The translations under genes and the position numbers were made by a program. A stretch of DNA of 64,000 bases. Origin: Phycisphaerae bacterium. Its GTDB lineage: Bacteria > Planctomycetota > Phycisphaerae > UBA1845 > Fen-1342. Every line of letters starts with the position of its first letter. The stretch's first letter is position 1. The stretch covers positions 1-64,000 of the forward strand of contig CAXXWX010000019.1 of assembly GCA_963675745.2 (NCBI GenBank), in the 5' to 3' direction. A model generated the notes under the pieces. It worked only from the letters and a program-made list of their open reading frames with translations, did no database searches and was not told the origin of the DNA. This document shows positions 1-9,982 of this stretch, piece after piece.

Positions 1-1716
1 TGGGGCGCCGCCACCGCGAGGTGTCCGCCGAAGAGAAAACCGTGCCCTACGAGATTGTCGGCGGTGCGGACGAGCTGGTACGCGTCAAGGTCCGCGACAA
101 AGACTACGCCCCGCCCGAGATCTCAGCTATCGTGCTGCGTGATCTGAAGGCCACCGCCGAGCGATACCTCGGCCAGAGCGTTGAGCGCGCCGTGATTACC
201 GTGCCGGCGTACTTCAACGACTCCCAGCGGCAAGCCACCAAGGAAGCCGGCCAGATTGCCGGCTTGAAGGTTGAGCGCATCATCAATGAGCCCACGGCCG
301 CCGCACTGGCCTACGGCATCGCCCATGTCGACCAGAAGACGGCGAAGAAAATCGCCGTTTTTGACCTCGGCGGCGGCACGTTTGACATTTCCATCCTCGA
401 TGTGGCCGACAACGTGTTCGAGGTTTTGAGCACCAGCGGCGATACGCATCTGGGCGGTGACGACATCGATCAGGTGCTGATCGACCATCTGGCCGAGGGG
501 TTCCGCCAGAAGGAAGGCATCGACCTGCGACAGGATCCAATGGCACTCCAGCGCCTGAAAGAGGCGGCCGAGCGCGCCAAGTGCGAGCTGTCGGGCAGCA
601 TGGAGACCACCATCAACTTGCCGTACATCACCGCCGACGCCGGTGGGCCCAAGCACTTGCAGATGACCATGACCCGGGCCAAGTTCGAGCAGCTTATCAA
701 CTCGCTGGTGGAGCGCTGCCGGGGGCCGGTCATGCAGGCGATCCAGGATTCCAAGCTCTCGCCTTCGGATGTGGACGAAATCGTGCTGGTGGGTGGCTCA
801 ACGCGCATCCCGCTGGTGCAGCAGTTGGTCAAGGAGATTTTCAGCCGCGAACCCAACCACACGATCAACCCGGACGAGGTTGTCGCGATGGGCGCCGCGA
901 TCCAGGGCGCCGTGCTGACCGGCGAAAAGTCCGACATGGTGCTGCTCGACGTGACCCCGCTGTCGCTGGGCGTCGAGACACTGGGCGGCATCATGACCGT
1001 GCTGATTCCGCGAAACACGACCATACCGACGAGCAAGAAGGAGACCTTCTCGACCGCCGCCGACAACCAGCCGGCTGTCGATATTCATGTGCTCCAGGGC
1101 GAACGCAAGATGGCCTTGGATAACCGCACGCTGGGGCGCTTTGAGCTGGCCGGCATCCCGCCGGCCCCGCGCGGTCGACCGCAGATCGCGGTTACGTTTG
1201 ACATCGACGCCAACGGCATCCTGAATGTCTCGGCCCGGGATGAGGGCACGGGCAAGGAGCAGAAGATCGAGATCAAGTCATCGTCTGGTCTCGATGACGC
1301 GGAAATCGAACGCATGGTCCATGACGCCGAGACGCACGCCGCCGATGATGAGGCCAAACGCGAGCTCGTCGACCTGCGCAACAAGGCCGATCAGCTCGTC
1401 TACCAGACCGAATCAGCGCTCAAGGAGCATGGCGACAAGATCGACCAGGCGACCCGCGGCGAGATCGAGCAGTCCATCAATCGTCTTAAAGACGCTCAGA
1501 AGAGCGACGACAAGACGACGATCCAAAGCGCGATCGACGAGCTCAGCAAGACGTCCCACAAGCTGGCCGAGGAGATGTACAAGGCGACCGCCGCCGTCGG
1601 GTGCGGCCGGCGACGCACAGGCCGCGGGCGTGGGAGCCTCCGCCGCCGATGCCGGCGGCGAAGCGCCGAAGGCTGATGACGACGTCATAGACGCCGAGTT
1701 CGAGGTCAAAGAGTAG
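1..1716 (+). CDS. dnaK: Chaperone DnaK (Hsp70); 5' end outside window; apparent frameshift near 1590-1600 in the C-terminal tail
   Basis: Hsp70 motifs [41 protein letters not shown] and [10 protein letters not shown] in ORF 21..1676. The reading frame is open back to the window start. The typical tail [13 protein letters not shown] lies in another frame and ends at 1716. Confidence 0.97.
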
Positions 1717-2027
1717 CGCCGCCGTCATCGCCGACGCCAGCTTTGGCATAACGTTACAATGCGGTAGCCGGGGTCTCTCGTCAGCCCCGGCCACCGCATT
1801 GTCTTTGCGCCGCGGCTCGTTCGATGCCGCGTTTGAACCACGGGACGATTGGGGCTTCTGCAATGTCGGATCAGCGGGCTGGCGAGGCCGGGCAGCTTGC
1901 GCGAAACCCGCTGTGGTGAAGTTGCCGCGATGTCTCCGGACGCTGGTCCGCACGCCCCGCGTCGAAAACCAGTGCCGCGACACCAGGAGTGGGCTTATAA
2001 TGCCGGCGGTGACAGGGAGACGCACGG

Positions 2028-3290
2028 ATGCGCGGCAGGATGGCATTAGCGGTTTGGCCGGCGGTATTCATGATGTGCTGGTTGCTCGCGGCGCCGGCAC
2101 ACGCGGTGCTCGTGCGTTTCGAGACGGGCGGGGCGCTGGAAGGCAAGCTGCTGGGGGTCAGTGAAACACACTACGAGGTCAGAACCGATTTGGGGGTGGT
2201 GTGGATTCAACGCAGCGCCGTCTCGCATATCGAGCACGCGCCTTCGCTCATCATGCGCTATCGCCATCGCCGCGAGCGCACCGGGGATACACCGGACGAA
2301 CTCTACGCACTGGCCGAGTGGTGTCGGCCGCGTGGGCTGCTCGGCGAGCAGCGCGAACATCTGTGGCAGGCGCTACGCCTGGATCAGAACCACGCCGCCG
2401 CTCGCGCTGCGCTCGGTTTTGTCCGGGTGAGCGACCTGTGGATTGACGGCCGCGCGCTGCCCGCCTCGACAGTCGCTCAAGAGGCCCGCAATGCGCGTCG
2501 CATCGAGGCCTCGATCCAGGCCTGGTGGGAGAAGCGCGTTCGCGACATCATTCGCCGGCACTTTCTGCGTGAACAAGAGCAACTGAACACTGCCGGCCGC
2601 GAAGCTCTGGCGGAGATATCCGACCCGCTGGCGGCGACGCCGCTGTTTCTGGTGCTCAGCGAGACGCGTCAGGTCGTGGCACGGACGGCGATGGTCGATA
2701 CGCTGGCGCGCTTCACTACCGAGGAGGCCGGCGAGTACCTGGTCGTGGCGGCGCTCGAGGATGCCGACGAGGAGGTACGGCAGAAAGCAACTGACCATCT
2801 GGTAAGCCGCGCCGACCCGCATGTCATCGCCGTATTGCGCAAGGCGCTTGCGGATGAATCTGAGCGGCTGGTGGCGCACGCAGCCAAGGTGTTGGCGGCG
2901 CTGCGCGACACTAATTCGGTGCCGGCGTTGATCGACGTGCTTACCGCGCGGAAAAAGCGGCTGGTCGAAGTGCCGTACCAGGCGCGTCAGCGGTACGTCT
3001 CGCTGCCCGGCCGCCGGTACTGGGGTGATCGCTATCGGTGGGTGCCGATTGTGAACTGGGTCGACCGCTCAGGTGTCAGCCTCGGCGCCATCGATCTGTG
3101 GGATCGCCTGCCGGCGTCGACGATTGGGTATTGGTACACGTCGACCACGCCGAAACCGACCGTAAAACAGAAGCAGGAAGTGACCGTCTACTTCAGCGAT
3201 GTGCGCGACGCCCTGGTCGATATCACCGGCCAAGACTTCGGCTTCGACAAGGATGCTTGGCGCGAATGGTACAGAAAAAGCCGCCCGTAA
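2028..3290 (+). CDS. Secreted HEAT-repeat protein
   Basis: Signal peptide (..LLAAPAHA); HEAT-like units ALEDADEEVRQKA and ALADESERLVAHAAKVL; C-terminal ITGQDFGFDKDAWREW motif common in planctomycete HEAT proteins. Confidence 0.7.
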   Translation: MRGRMALAVWPAVFMMCWLLAAPAHAVLVRFETGGALEGKLLGVSETHYEVRTDLGVVWIQRSAVSHIEHAPSLIMRYRHRRERTGDTPDELYALAEWCRPRGLLGEQREHLWQALRLDQNHAAARAALGFVRVSDLWIDGRALPASTVAQEARNARRIEASIQAWWEKRVRDIIRRHFLREQEQLNTAGREALAEISDPLAATPLFLVLSETRQVVARTAMVDTLARFTTEEAGEYLVVAALEDADEEVRQKATDHLVSRADPHVIAVLRKALADESERLVAHAAKVLAALRDTNSVPALIDVLTARKKRLVEVPYQARQRYVSLPGRRYWGDRYRWVPIVNWVDRSGVSLGAIDLWDRLPASTIGYWYTSTTPKPTVKQKQEVTVYFSDVRDALVDITGQDFGFDKDAWREWYRKSRP

Positions 3291-3462
3291 TGCTACGCCG
3301 GCCTCCCCGCAGTCTGCACGCGGTGGCTGCTCGTCCTGATCGTCCCCCGATTTAAGTTGCCGCCGCACGACGAGTGAGCGACAATGGTCGTAGTTCGGTG
3401 GGCACGGGGCAGTGTCCACGGGAAAGCCATCACTTCAAGCACCTCAACGGGGAGAAGTTGTC

Positions 3463-6339
3463 ATGTCATCTGAAGTACGGGCGGGATGTGCCGTGCTGCT
3501 CTGTTGCGTGATGGGTAGCGTTGCCCAGGGGCAGCCGATCATTGATGGACGGGACTTTGACCGCGACCTGCCGTCGCCGGTCTGGGTGCAGACCATCGGC
3601 ACGGATTTCGGCAATAATACTGACCCCAATGCAGATGCCGCCAACGGGTCGGAGATCGACGCGTTGTACGCGAAGGTCCAGAACGGCGTGCTGTACCTCG
3701 GCGTGGCCGGCAATCTCGAAACGAACTTCAACAAGCTCGAGCTGTTCTTCGATGTCCGACCGGGCGGGCAGAATCGCCTGCGCGGCGACAACCCCGACGT
3801 TGACTATGACGGGTTGAACCGCATGGGCGATGACGGCGGCGGGAACGGCCTGACGTTCGACGCCGGCTTCGAGCCCGACTACTACCTGACGTACAGCGGC
3901 GGCAGCGACCCGACCGAGCACCATCTGAGTGTCGCAGAGCTGCTCACCGCCGGGGGCGGCGCCGGCATGTACGTCGGTGGCGGGTTGAAGTCGGATGTCC
4001 CGGTCATCAGCGGCACGGGCATGCACTTTGGCGACATCAGCATCGCCTGCGATAACTCGAACGTGCTGGGTGTCAACGGGCTCGGATATCCCTTCGATGG
4101 CCCGCCTGACGACGTGACAACCGGTATCGAAATCGCGATTGACCTGCTGGAACTGGACTGGGATGGCGTGAGTTCGATTCGCGTGGCCGGCTTCGTCAAC
4201 GGGCTCTATCACGACTTCGTGTCGAACCAGGTGATCGCCGGGCTGCCGGCGGGTTGGGGCAACCTGGGCGAGCCGCGCGCCGTCGACTTCTCAACGATCG
4301 CCGATGACCAGTTCATCACACTGCTCGCGGCGCAGAGTGACGACCTGGACGGTGATGGCTTCCTCGACGCGGCCGACACCGACCCGCACATCTTCAACCC
4401 CGAGCAGGCCGACCTGGCCACGCCCCCGGCCGGGTTCTACCAGCTCACGTATCTAGCGAGCAACGGCGATCCGGATATCTACCTGTCCACGGACGGTATG
4501 TGCAAGCTGACGTTGCCGACGCGCTTCGAGACGTTGTGGACAAACGTGACAGTGGACGGCGTATGGGCGGTGCAGAACGTGCCCGGTTATCCGGTGGAGC
4601 TCAACGAGTTCATGCATCCGGAGCAGCATCAGAGTTGTCTGTTCACGCTGGACGTGCCGGAAGGAACCCCCGCCGGCTCGGTGGACTACCAGATCGTCCT
4701 GACGCGCTCACCGCTGGATGCGTTCCCGGCCGGCGTGCCGATCGCGGCGGCGTCGGTCAGCGAGGTGGAAATCCTGGTGGGCGGCGTCGAGGAGGAAGAG
4801 GAGTCGCTGCGCATCGGCGACGGCGGCCTACTGCCGCTTGCTGATGATCACGCGTTTCCCACGCCGCGCTGGTTCATTCGCCTCAACTACCGGCAGGTAG
4901 ACCTGACACGCTGGAGCGAGAACATGTCGTGTGTGCCGGGGGCGCTGGCCAGCAGCTTCGACTGGCTCAACCGCACGTACAAGCTGGGGCTCACGTCCAC
5001 ACCCGAGCAAATGCTGGGCGTGTTCAAGAAGATGCTGCATGTCAAGCGGGACGACGGTGCCACAAGGGAAGAGGCAATGGCGGCCAAGCTCGGCTTCATC
5101 AGCGACAATGATCTGCCGCTGGTAGTCGAGGGCGGGCCCGTCAGCGGCCAGGCAGGGATCGAGGAGATTTACAGGCAGATGTCCAAGGGCCAGGATGTCG
5201 AGCTGTACTATGCCTTCCCCACGCAAGACAAGGGCATCGGTCGCCATTGCGTGAGCCTCGTCGGAATCGACAAGCGCAAGCAGAATGACGGATCCAGCAA
5301 GTACGACATTGTCGTGCTCGACGATGGAAAACAGACGGCGTCGGGCTTCGACGATGATGACGGCTATCCCTATGGTCGCAGGCGGCGCAGCGACATCGTG
5401 ATCGGCGGGGACGGCCGCCTATGGATGCCGGGACTCGGGCGCGGCAACCGTCTCCTTGAAGGCTACACCGCCGAATCACCGACCGCGGCCGTGGCACGCG
5501 AAGGCGCCCGCGACTGGTCCGAAGACACGCGCGGAAAGGTCACCAGCGGGATGGGCGGCGGTGGGGCCGGCGCAGATGATGCGGAGGCGATCTACGAAGG
5601 CACGATCCAAGCCGCGTACGTGACGAAGAAGCTCGTGGCCATCATGGAAGACAAGCCGGGCGACCCGAACGACCCGAATGACCCGAGCGGGCCCGCCCTG
5701 GACCTGGCCGAGACGGCTGCGCTCATGGCACGCTACGCGCAGCGAGCCGGGCGCGATGTGGTCGTCTATGTCGGTGATCCCAATGACCAGCTCCCGGCCC
5801 TCTACGAGACCGACAGCTACCTGGCGCTGGTGGAGGCTGCACTGGCGGACGTCGAGAGCCTGCTCCCGCCCGATCTCGATCTCGATGACGTACCGGACAG
5901 CGTGGATAACTGCTGGCTGGCCAACCCCGATCAGGCCGACTGCGACGACAGCACGGTCGGCGACGTCTGCGAGCTTGACGCGGCGACCGACTGCGACAGC
6001 AACGGTTACCTGGACACCTGCGAATTCGTGGCCGGCACCGCCGAGGATTGCAATGGCAACGGCATCATCGACTTATGCGACATCGACAGCGGCTGGTCGA
6101 ATGACCTGAATGAGAACTGGGTGCCCGACGAGTGTGACGGAGACACGCCCGGCGATCTGAATTGCGACGGATTCGTCAACAACGGCGACATCGACCCGTT
6201 CGTGTTGGCCCTGACCAACGCGAGCGGCTACCTGCTGTCTTACCCGGATTGCATCATCTACAACGCCGACTGCAACTTCGACGGCTTTGTCAACAATGCG
6301 GATATCGATCCGTTTGTCATGCTGCTGAGCGCGCCGTAG
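3463..6339 (+). CDS. Large secreted multidomain protein: N-terminal beta-rich domain, putative papain-like Cys peptidase domain, Asp/Cys Ca-binding repeats, C-terminal dockerin-like module
   Basis: ATG 3463 after GGGAGA; signal peptide; SCVPGALASS...RHCVSLVG...VLDD; DCNGNGIIDLCD repeats; GDLNCDGFVNNGDIDPFV...DCNFDGFVNNADIDPFV. Confidence 0.7.
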   Translation: MSSEVRAGCAVLLCCVMGSVAQGQPIIDGRDFDRDLPSPVWVQTIGTDFGNNTDPNADAANGSEIDALYAKVQNGVLYLGVAGNLETNFNKLELFFDVRPGGQNRLRGDNPDVDYDGLNRMGDDGGGNGLTFDAGFEPDYYLTYSGGSDPTEHHLSVAELLTAGGGAGMYVGGGLKSDVPVISGTGMHFGDISIACDNSNVLGVNGLGYPFDGPPDDVTTGIEIAIDLLELDWDGVSSIRVAGFVNGLYHDFVSNQVIAGLPAGWGNLGEPRAVDFSTIADDQFITLLAAQSDDLDGDGFLDAADTDPHIFNPEQADLATPPAGFYQLTYLASNGDPDIYLSTDGMCKLTLPTRFETLWTNVTVDGVWAVQNVPGYPVELNEFMHPEQHQSCLFTLDVPEGTPAGSVDYQIVLTRSPLDAFPAGVPIAAASVSEVEILVGGVEEEEESLRIGDGGLLPLADDHAFPTPRWFIRLNYRQVDLTRWSENMSCVPGALASSFDWLNRTYKLGLTSTPEQMLGVFKKMLHVKRDDGATREEAMAAKLGFISDNDLPLVVEGGPVSGQAGIEEIYRQMSKGQDVELYYAFPTQDKGIGRHCVSLVGIDKRKQNDGSSKYDIVVLDDGKQTASGFDDDDGYPYGRRRRSDIVIGGDGRLWMPGLGRGNRLLEGYTAESPTAAVAREGARDWSEDTRGKVTSGMGGGGAGADDAEAIYEGTIQAAYVTKKLVAIMEDKPGDPNDPNDPSGPALDLAETAALMARYAQRAGRDVVVYVGDPNDQLPALYETDSYLALVEAALADVESLLPPDLDLDDVPDSVDNCWLANPDQADCDDSTVGDVCELDAATDCDSNGYLDTCEFVAGTAEDCNGNGIIDLCDIDSGWSNDLNENWVPDECDGDTPGDLNCDGFVNNGDIDPFVLALTNASGYLLSYPDCIIYNADCNFDGFVNNADIDPFVMLLSAP

Positions 6340-6396
6340 CGGCTGGTTGCGCTTGGTATGATTGCGGGTTGCGCTGCGCCGGTACCTGCCCGCGCA

Positions 6397-6921
6397 TCAA
6401 TACTCGTCGTAGCGCTGGCCGTTCTCGTCAAGGACGTTTGAATTGGCGGCTATCGTGCCGGTTTGACAGTTATACACCCAGCCCGCATCAGCCGCCGTGG
6501 CTTCGAAGCGCGGCAGGCGATCGTCGGAGTAAATGCAAACACCCGCAAAGCCCAGGCGCGGTTCGACCGGGCAGGCTGGAATCCCGTCACGCAAGTACGG
6601 TCCGAAGCGAAAACGCTCTGACTTCCGTTGCGACGTGACACCCGTGCGATCCGTATAGCGCGTGAGTTGGGCGATGAACGCGGCCTCGCTGCCGGCCGCG
6701 TGTTCGCCATCACCCATCTGCGCGGGCCAGGCGACGTGGTCATAGCAGTAGCGCTCGATGGCGCTACGCAGCGTTTCCAGGTGTGCTCTGGTAGCGGGTT
6801 TGGTGGGGATTGTCGCCGCGTGGCCGAGTCGCGGGACGATCAGCATGCCGCCGATGCTGATGACCACGGCCACGGCGATGAGTTCAATTACACCCAGGGT
6901 GCGAAACGCGTTGGTACGCAT
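6397..6921 (-). CDS. Type II secretion/pilin-like (GspG-type pseudopilin) protein with atypical N-terminal cleavage motif
   Basis: ATG 6921 after GGAG; hydrophobic helix VIELIAVAVVISIGGMLIVP; LETLRSAIERY, GPYL..IP..P and GWVYN motifs. Confidence 0.7.
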   Translation of the reverse strand: MRTNAFRTLGVIELIAVAVVISIGGMLIVPRLGHAATIPTKPATRAHLETLRSAIERYCYDHVAWPAQMGDGEHAAGSEAAFIAQLTRYTDRTGVTSQRKSERFRFGPYLRDGIPACPVEPRLGFAGVCIYSDDRLPRFEATAADAGWVYNCQTGTIAANSNVLDENGQRYDEY

Positions 6922-6976
6922 GCGTCGCTTCTCCACTTCTCCCCGGAAACTACGTACGCTCGTTACCTGGCGCGGG

Positions 6977-8491
6977 TCAGTTGCCCTGGGATGACGATGC
7001 CATCGTGTCCAAAGCGCCATGTTCATCGGCATCACACGCCAGTTCACAAGCCTGGGCGCGGGCCTTGTCCAGCAGATTCAGCGCTTTACTCAACAGGCCC
7101 TCGGGCTCGGCCCACTCGAGTCCCGTTCCGGACATCCCGGCGCGCAAGCCGACGTGCAACGATCCTTCAGGGTCCACGCGCTCCAGCACTTCTTCGCGCA
7201 CATGCTCGAGCAGGCGTCTGGCCGTCGCCTGGCCCAGCACAGCCGTGGTACGCCGCATGGCGACCACAAAACGGTCGTCGGAGAAGCGCGCGAGCAAATC
7301 ATCAGCACACAGGTACTTGCGCAGTGATTGGCCCAGGCGGCTGACGAGTTCGTCGCGCTCGGCCCATTGGCCGGCGTCATCCAGCCGGCGCAGGCCTTCA
7401 AGTGTCAGCACCAGGACGGCGACCGGTTCGTCGCGGTGGTCGCCCGACGTTTCGCGCAGGGCGGCGAGCAGTTCCGTACGCGTCAACAGGCCGGTTTGCG
7501 TGTCGGTTCGCCGTGCGGTGCGCAAGGCTTGCATGCCGCGCACGTGTACCCAGCACAATTGCAGCAGATCGCGCACCGCGTGGGCCACGCTGGGGCGGTC
7601 GTACTCGGAACGCTCGATGTCGGCGATGGCCACGAGGGCGCGGGCATGGCCGCGTTCGCAGAGCGGGAGTACCCACTGCCAGTGTTGCGCGTCGTCGGTC
7701 GGAACACCGGCGGCGCGGTGTCGCGGGGCGCTGTACACCTGTTGCGTACGGATGGCGCAGCCGAACGGCCCCGAATCCGCCGACTCCAGCGCGCGCGACC
7801 GGTCAGCGCGCGGCGCCAGGGGACGCACGCGCGCCGGTTCTTCGGAAACCTCGAATATCTCGACGTCACCTACGCCCAGACGATCCCGCAGCGCCTGGCG
7901 CACGAACCGCGCAAATGCCGGCCATACTGGGGCGCCGTCATCGGCCGCGCGCACCACGTCCGTGCCCGTCCAGACGCAGAAATCCGACACCAATCCGCCC
8001 AGCGTCCGCTCGATGGTGGGCTCGGGCTGTGTGTTACGCCCCCAGACGTGCTGCTGTGGTTCGGGCTGGAATCCGCGGCCGGACCTGGCGAGTCGACGCC
8101 GGCCGACCTCGCTGGCGCTCGGTTCTCGATCCGACGCGCCGGCGATTCGCCCAATCAGGACCAGCACGCTGGTGGATGCCAGCGTGAACGCCGCGTGCCC
8201 CAGCACCACGGCCCCGGAGAAACTCGCCAGCGCCATCGAGATGCTGACGGCGATCACCACGCCCAGGCCCGCGGCGACGCCGACGCCCAGCCCGCGCGCT
8301 ATGAGCATGAACGAGCTGCACACCGCGAAGACCAGCAGGAACACCGTGGTCGAGCGCGTCGGGTGTGGCTCGGCGCCCGATAGCGAGTTCAACAGGCCGA
8401 GTGCGGTTACGATGATGGCGGCGGCCAGCAGTCGTAGCGGCAATTCGAAGCGATCTTCGCGGCGCATCATGCTGAACCCTCCATTGCGCAT
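6977..8491 (-). CDS. Membrane protein with GAF-like region and degenerate GGDEF domain
   Basis: About four N-terminal TM helices; TDTQTGLLTR start of the GGDEF fold; active-site motif reads ARFSDDRFVV. Confidence 0.75.
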   Translation of the reverse strand: MRNGGFSMMRREDRFELPLRLLAAAIIVTALGLLNSLSGAEPHPTRSTTVFLLVFAVCSSFMLIARGLGVGVAAGLGVVIAVSISMALASFSGAVVLGHAAFTLASTSVLVLIGRIAGASDREPSASEVGRRRLARSGRGFQPEPQQHVWGRNTQPEPTIERTLGGLVSDFCVWTGTDVVRAADDGAPVWPAFARFVRQALRDRLGVGDVEIFEVSEEPARVRPLAPRADRSRALESADSGPFGCAIRTQQVYSAPRHRAAGVPTDDAQHWQWVLPLCERGHARALVAIADIERSEYDRPSVAHAVRDLLQLCWVHVRGMQALRTARRTDTQTGLLTRTELLAALRETSGDHRDEPVAVLVLTLEGLRRLDDAGQWAERDELVSRLGQSLRKYLCADDLLARFSDDRFVVAMRRTTAVLGQATARRLLEHVREEVLERVDPEGSLHVGLRAGMSGTGLEWAEPEGLLSKALNLLDKARAQACELACDADEHGALDTMASSSQGN

Positions 8492-8892
8492 CCGCCGGCG
8501 TGGTGGCGGAGGCGCACCGATGCGAATCTACTGGCCACGATCGGGTACTGCGGTGCCAAGCCGGCGCTGGTCGGCGCGACCGCGTGCGTATCGGTGCCGT
8601 CCCTGGTTGCGTGCAAAGAAAGCTCCTTCGCGCTGCCGCGCGCACGAATGGCCAATAAACAGCCTGGCAGGTGACGTGGCTGCACAACCAGCGCACCTGC
8701 GGCCGTACGGCCACTCGGTACCGCTGATTTCATCGAACGGACTGATGACGTGCTTTGCACCAGATGTCACCCCGGCATCGGGAACGCGGGGCGCGGCGTA
8801 ATTTGGGACGCAGGCGGCCGGACGTGCCTGATAATCAAATCAGCGCGTGCAGGGGCCGGCGCGGCCCCAACCACGCGGTTGATTGTGATTGC

Positions 8893-9822
8893 TCAGCCGG
8901 GCTGCTTAAACCAGGCGATGGTCTTGGCGAAACCCTCGGCGCGCTCGACCTTTGGCGACCAGCCGAGCTCGGTGCGCGCGCGGGTCAGATCGGGACGGCG
9001 GACTTTCGGATCGTCCGTGTTGCCCGGGATGTGGGTCACCTCGCTGCGACTGCCGAGCAGCCGGGTCACTTCACGGGCCGTGTCGAGCATTGAAATCTCG
9101 GCGTCGTTACCGATGTTGACCGGTCCGGTGACATCGCTGTTCATCAACCGTACCAGACCGTCGACCTGGTCGGAGACATAGCAGAAGCTGCGGGTCTGTC
9201 GGCCGTCACCGTGCACGGTGACCGGCTCACCGGCCAGAGCCTGGTTTATGAACGTGGGCAACGCGCGGCCGTCATCACCGCGCATGCGCGGCCCATAGGT
9301 GTTGAAGATGCGCACGATGCGCACCTCGACTCCGTGTACGCGCGAATAAGCCGTCAGCAGCGCCTCGGCGAAGCGCTTGCCCTCGTCATAACAGGAACGC
9401 GGCCCGATGGGGTTGACGTGCCCCCAGTAGGACTCCGGTTGCGGATGCACCTGCGGATCACCATAGACCTCGCTCGTGCTCGTTTGGAGCAGGCGTGCCC
9501 CGCACTTCCGGGCCAAATCGAGCAGATTTCGGATCCCCTGGGAACAGACGGCGAGAATCTCCAGCGAGATCCGATCAAAATCGACTGGCGAGGCCGGGCA
9601 GGCCAGGTTGTAAATCTGGTCCACCTTGCCCAGATCCGGCAATGGCTGCGTGATGTCGTGCTCGAAGAACCGGAAACGCTCGTGCGCCGCCAAGTCATCA
9701 GCATTACGCCGTTGGCCACTCGCGAAATTGTCCATGCCGACAACTTCATGCCCATCGTTGAGCAGCCGCTCAGCCAGGTGAAATCCGATAAACCCCGCGG
9801 CACCGGTCAGCAGAATGCGCAC
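8893..9822 (-). CDS. UDP-glucuronate decarboxylase-like NAD-dependent epimerase/dehydratase
   Basis: GTG 9822 after GGGAG; TGAAGFIG, NLACPASP, STSEVYGDP, GPRSCYDEGKR, RIFNTYGPRM. Confidence 0.93.
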   Translation of the reverse strand: MRILLTGAAGFIGFHLAERLLNDGHEVVGMDNFASGQRRNADDLAAHERFRFFEHDITQPLPDLGKVDQIYNLACPASPVDFDRISLEILAVCSQGIRNLLDLARKCGARLLQTSTSEVYGDPQVHPQPESYWGHVNPIGPRSCYDEGKRFAEALLTAYSRVHGVEVRIVRIFNTYGPRMRGDDGRALPTFINQALAGEPVTVHGDGRQTRSFCYVSDQVDGLVRLMNSDVTGPVNIGNDAEISMLDTAREVTRLLGSRSEVTHIPGNTDDPKVRRPDLTRARTELGWSPKVERAEGFAKTIAWFKQPG

Positions 9823-9982
9823 GCTGTTTCTCCCTGAACAAGGCCGGCCCGGATGCGCCCGGACGGTTTTCGTGTCACGGCCGGTCAGTATACGAGTTAG
9901 AATGCGCGGCGTCAGTCTGCCATGGCTGTATCCTGGCGCATGTGGCACCGGGTGAGGCGAGGCCTCTATCAGGCGGACCACC

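Noticed and set aside
1799..2164. ORFs between dnaK and the HEAT gene
   Set aside because: No recognisable motifs, and they overlap the better-supported 2028 start.
6981..8801. 606-aa plus-strand ORF
   Set aside because: Ser/Arg-rich antisense shadow of the GGDEF gene, typical of high-GC DNA; the same applies to 41774-43156, 56162-57514 and similar ORFs.
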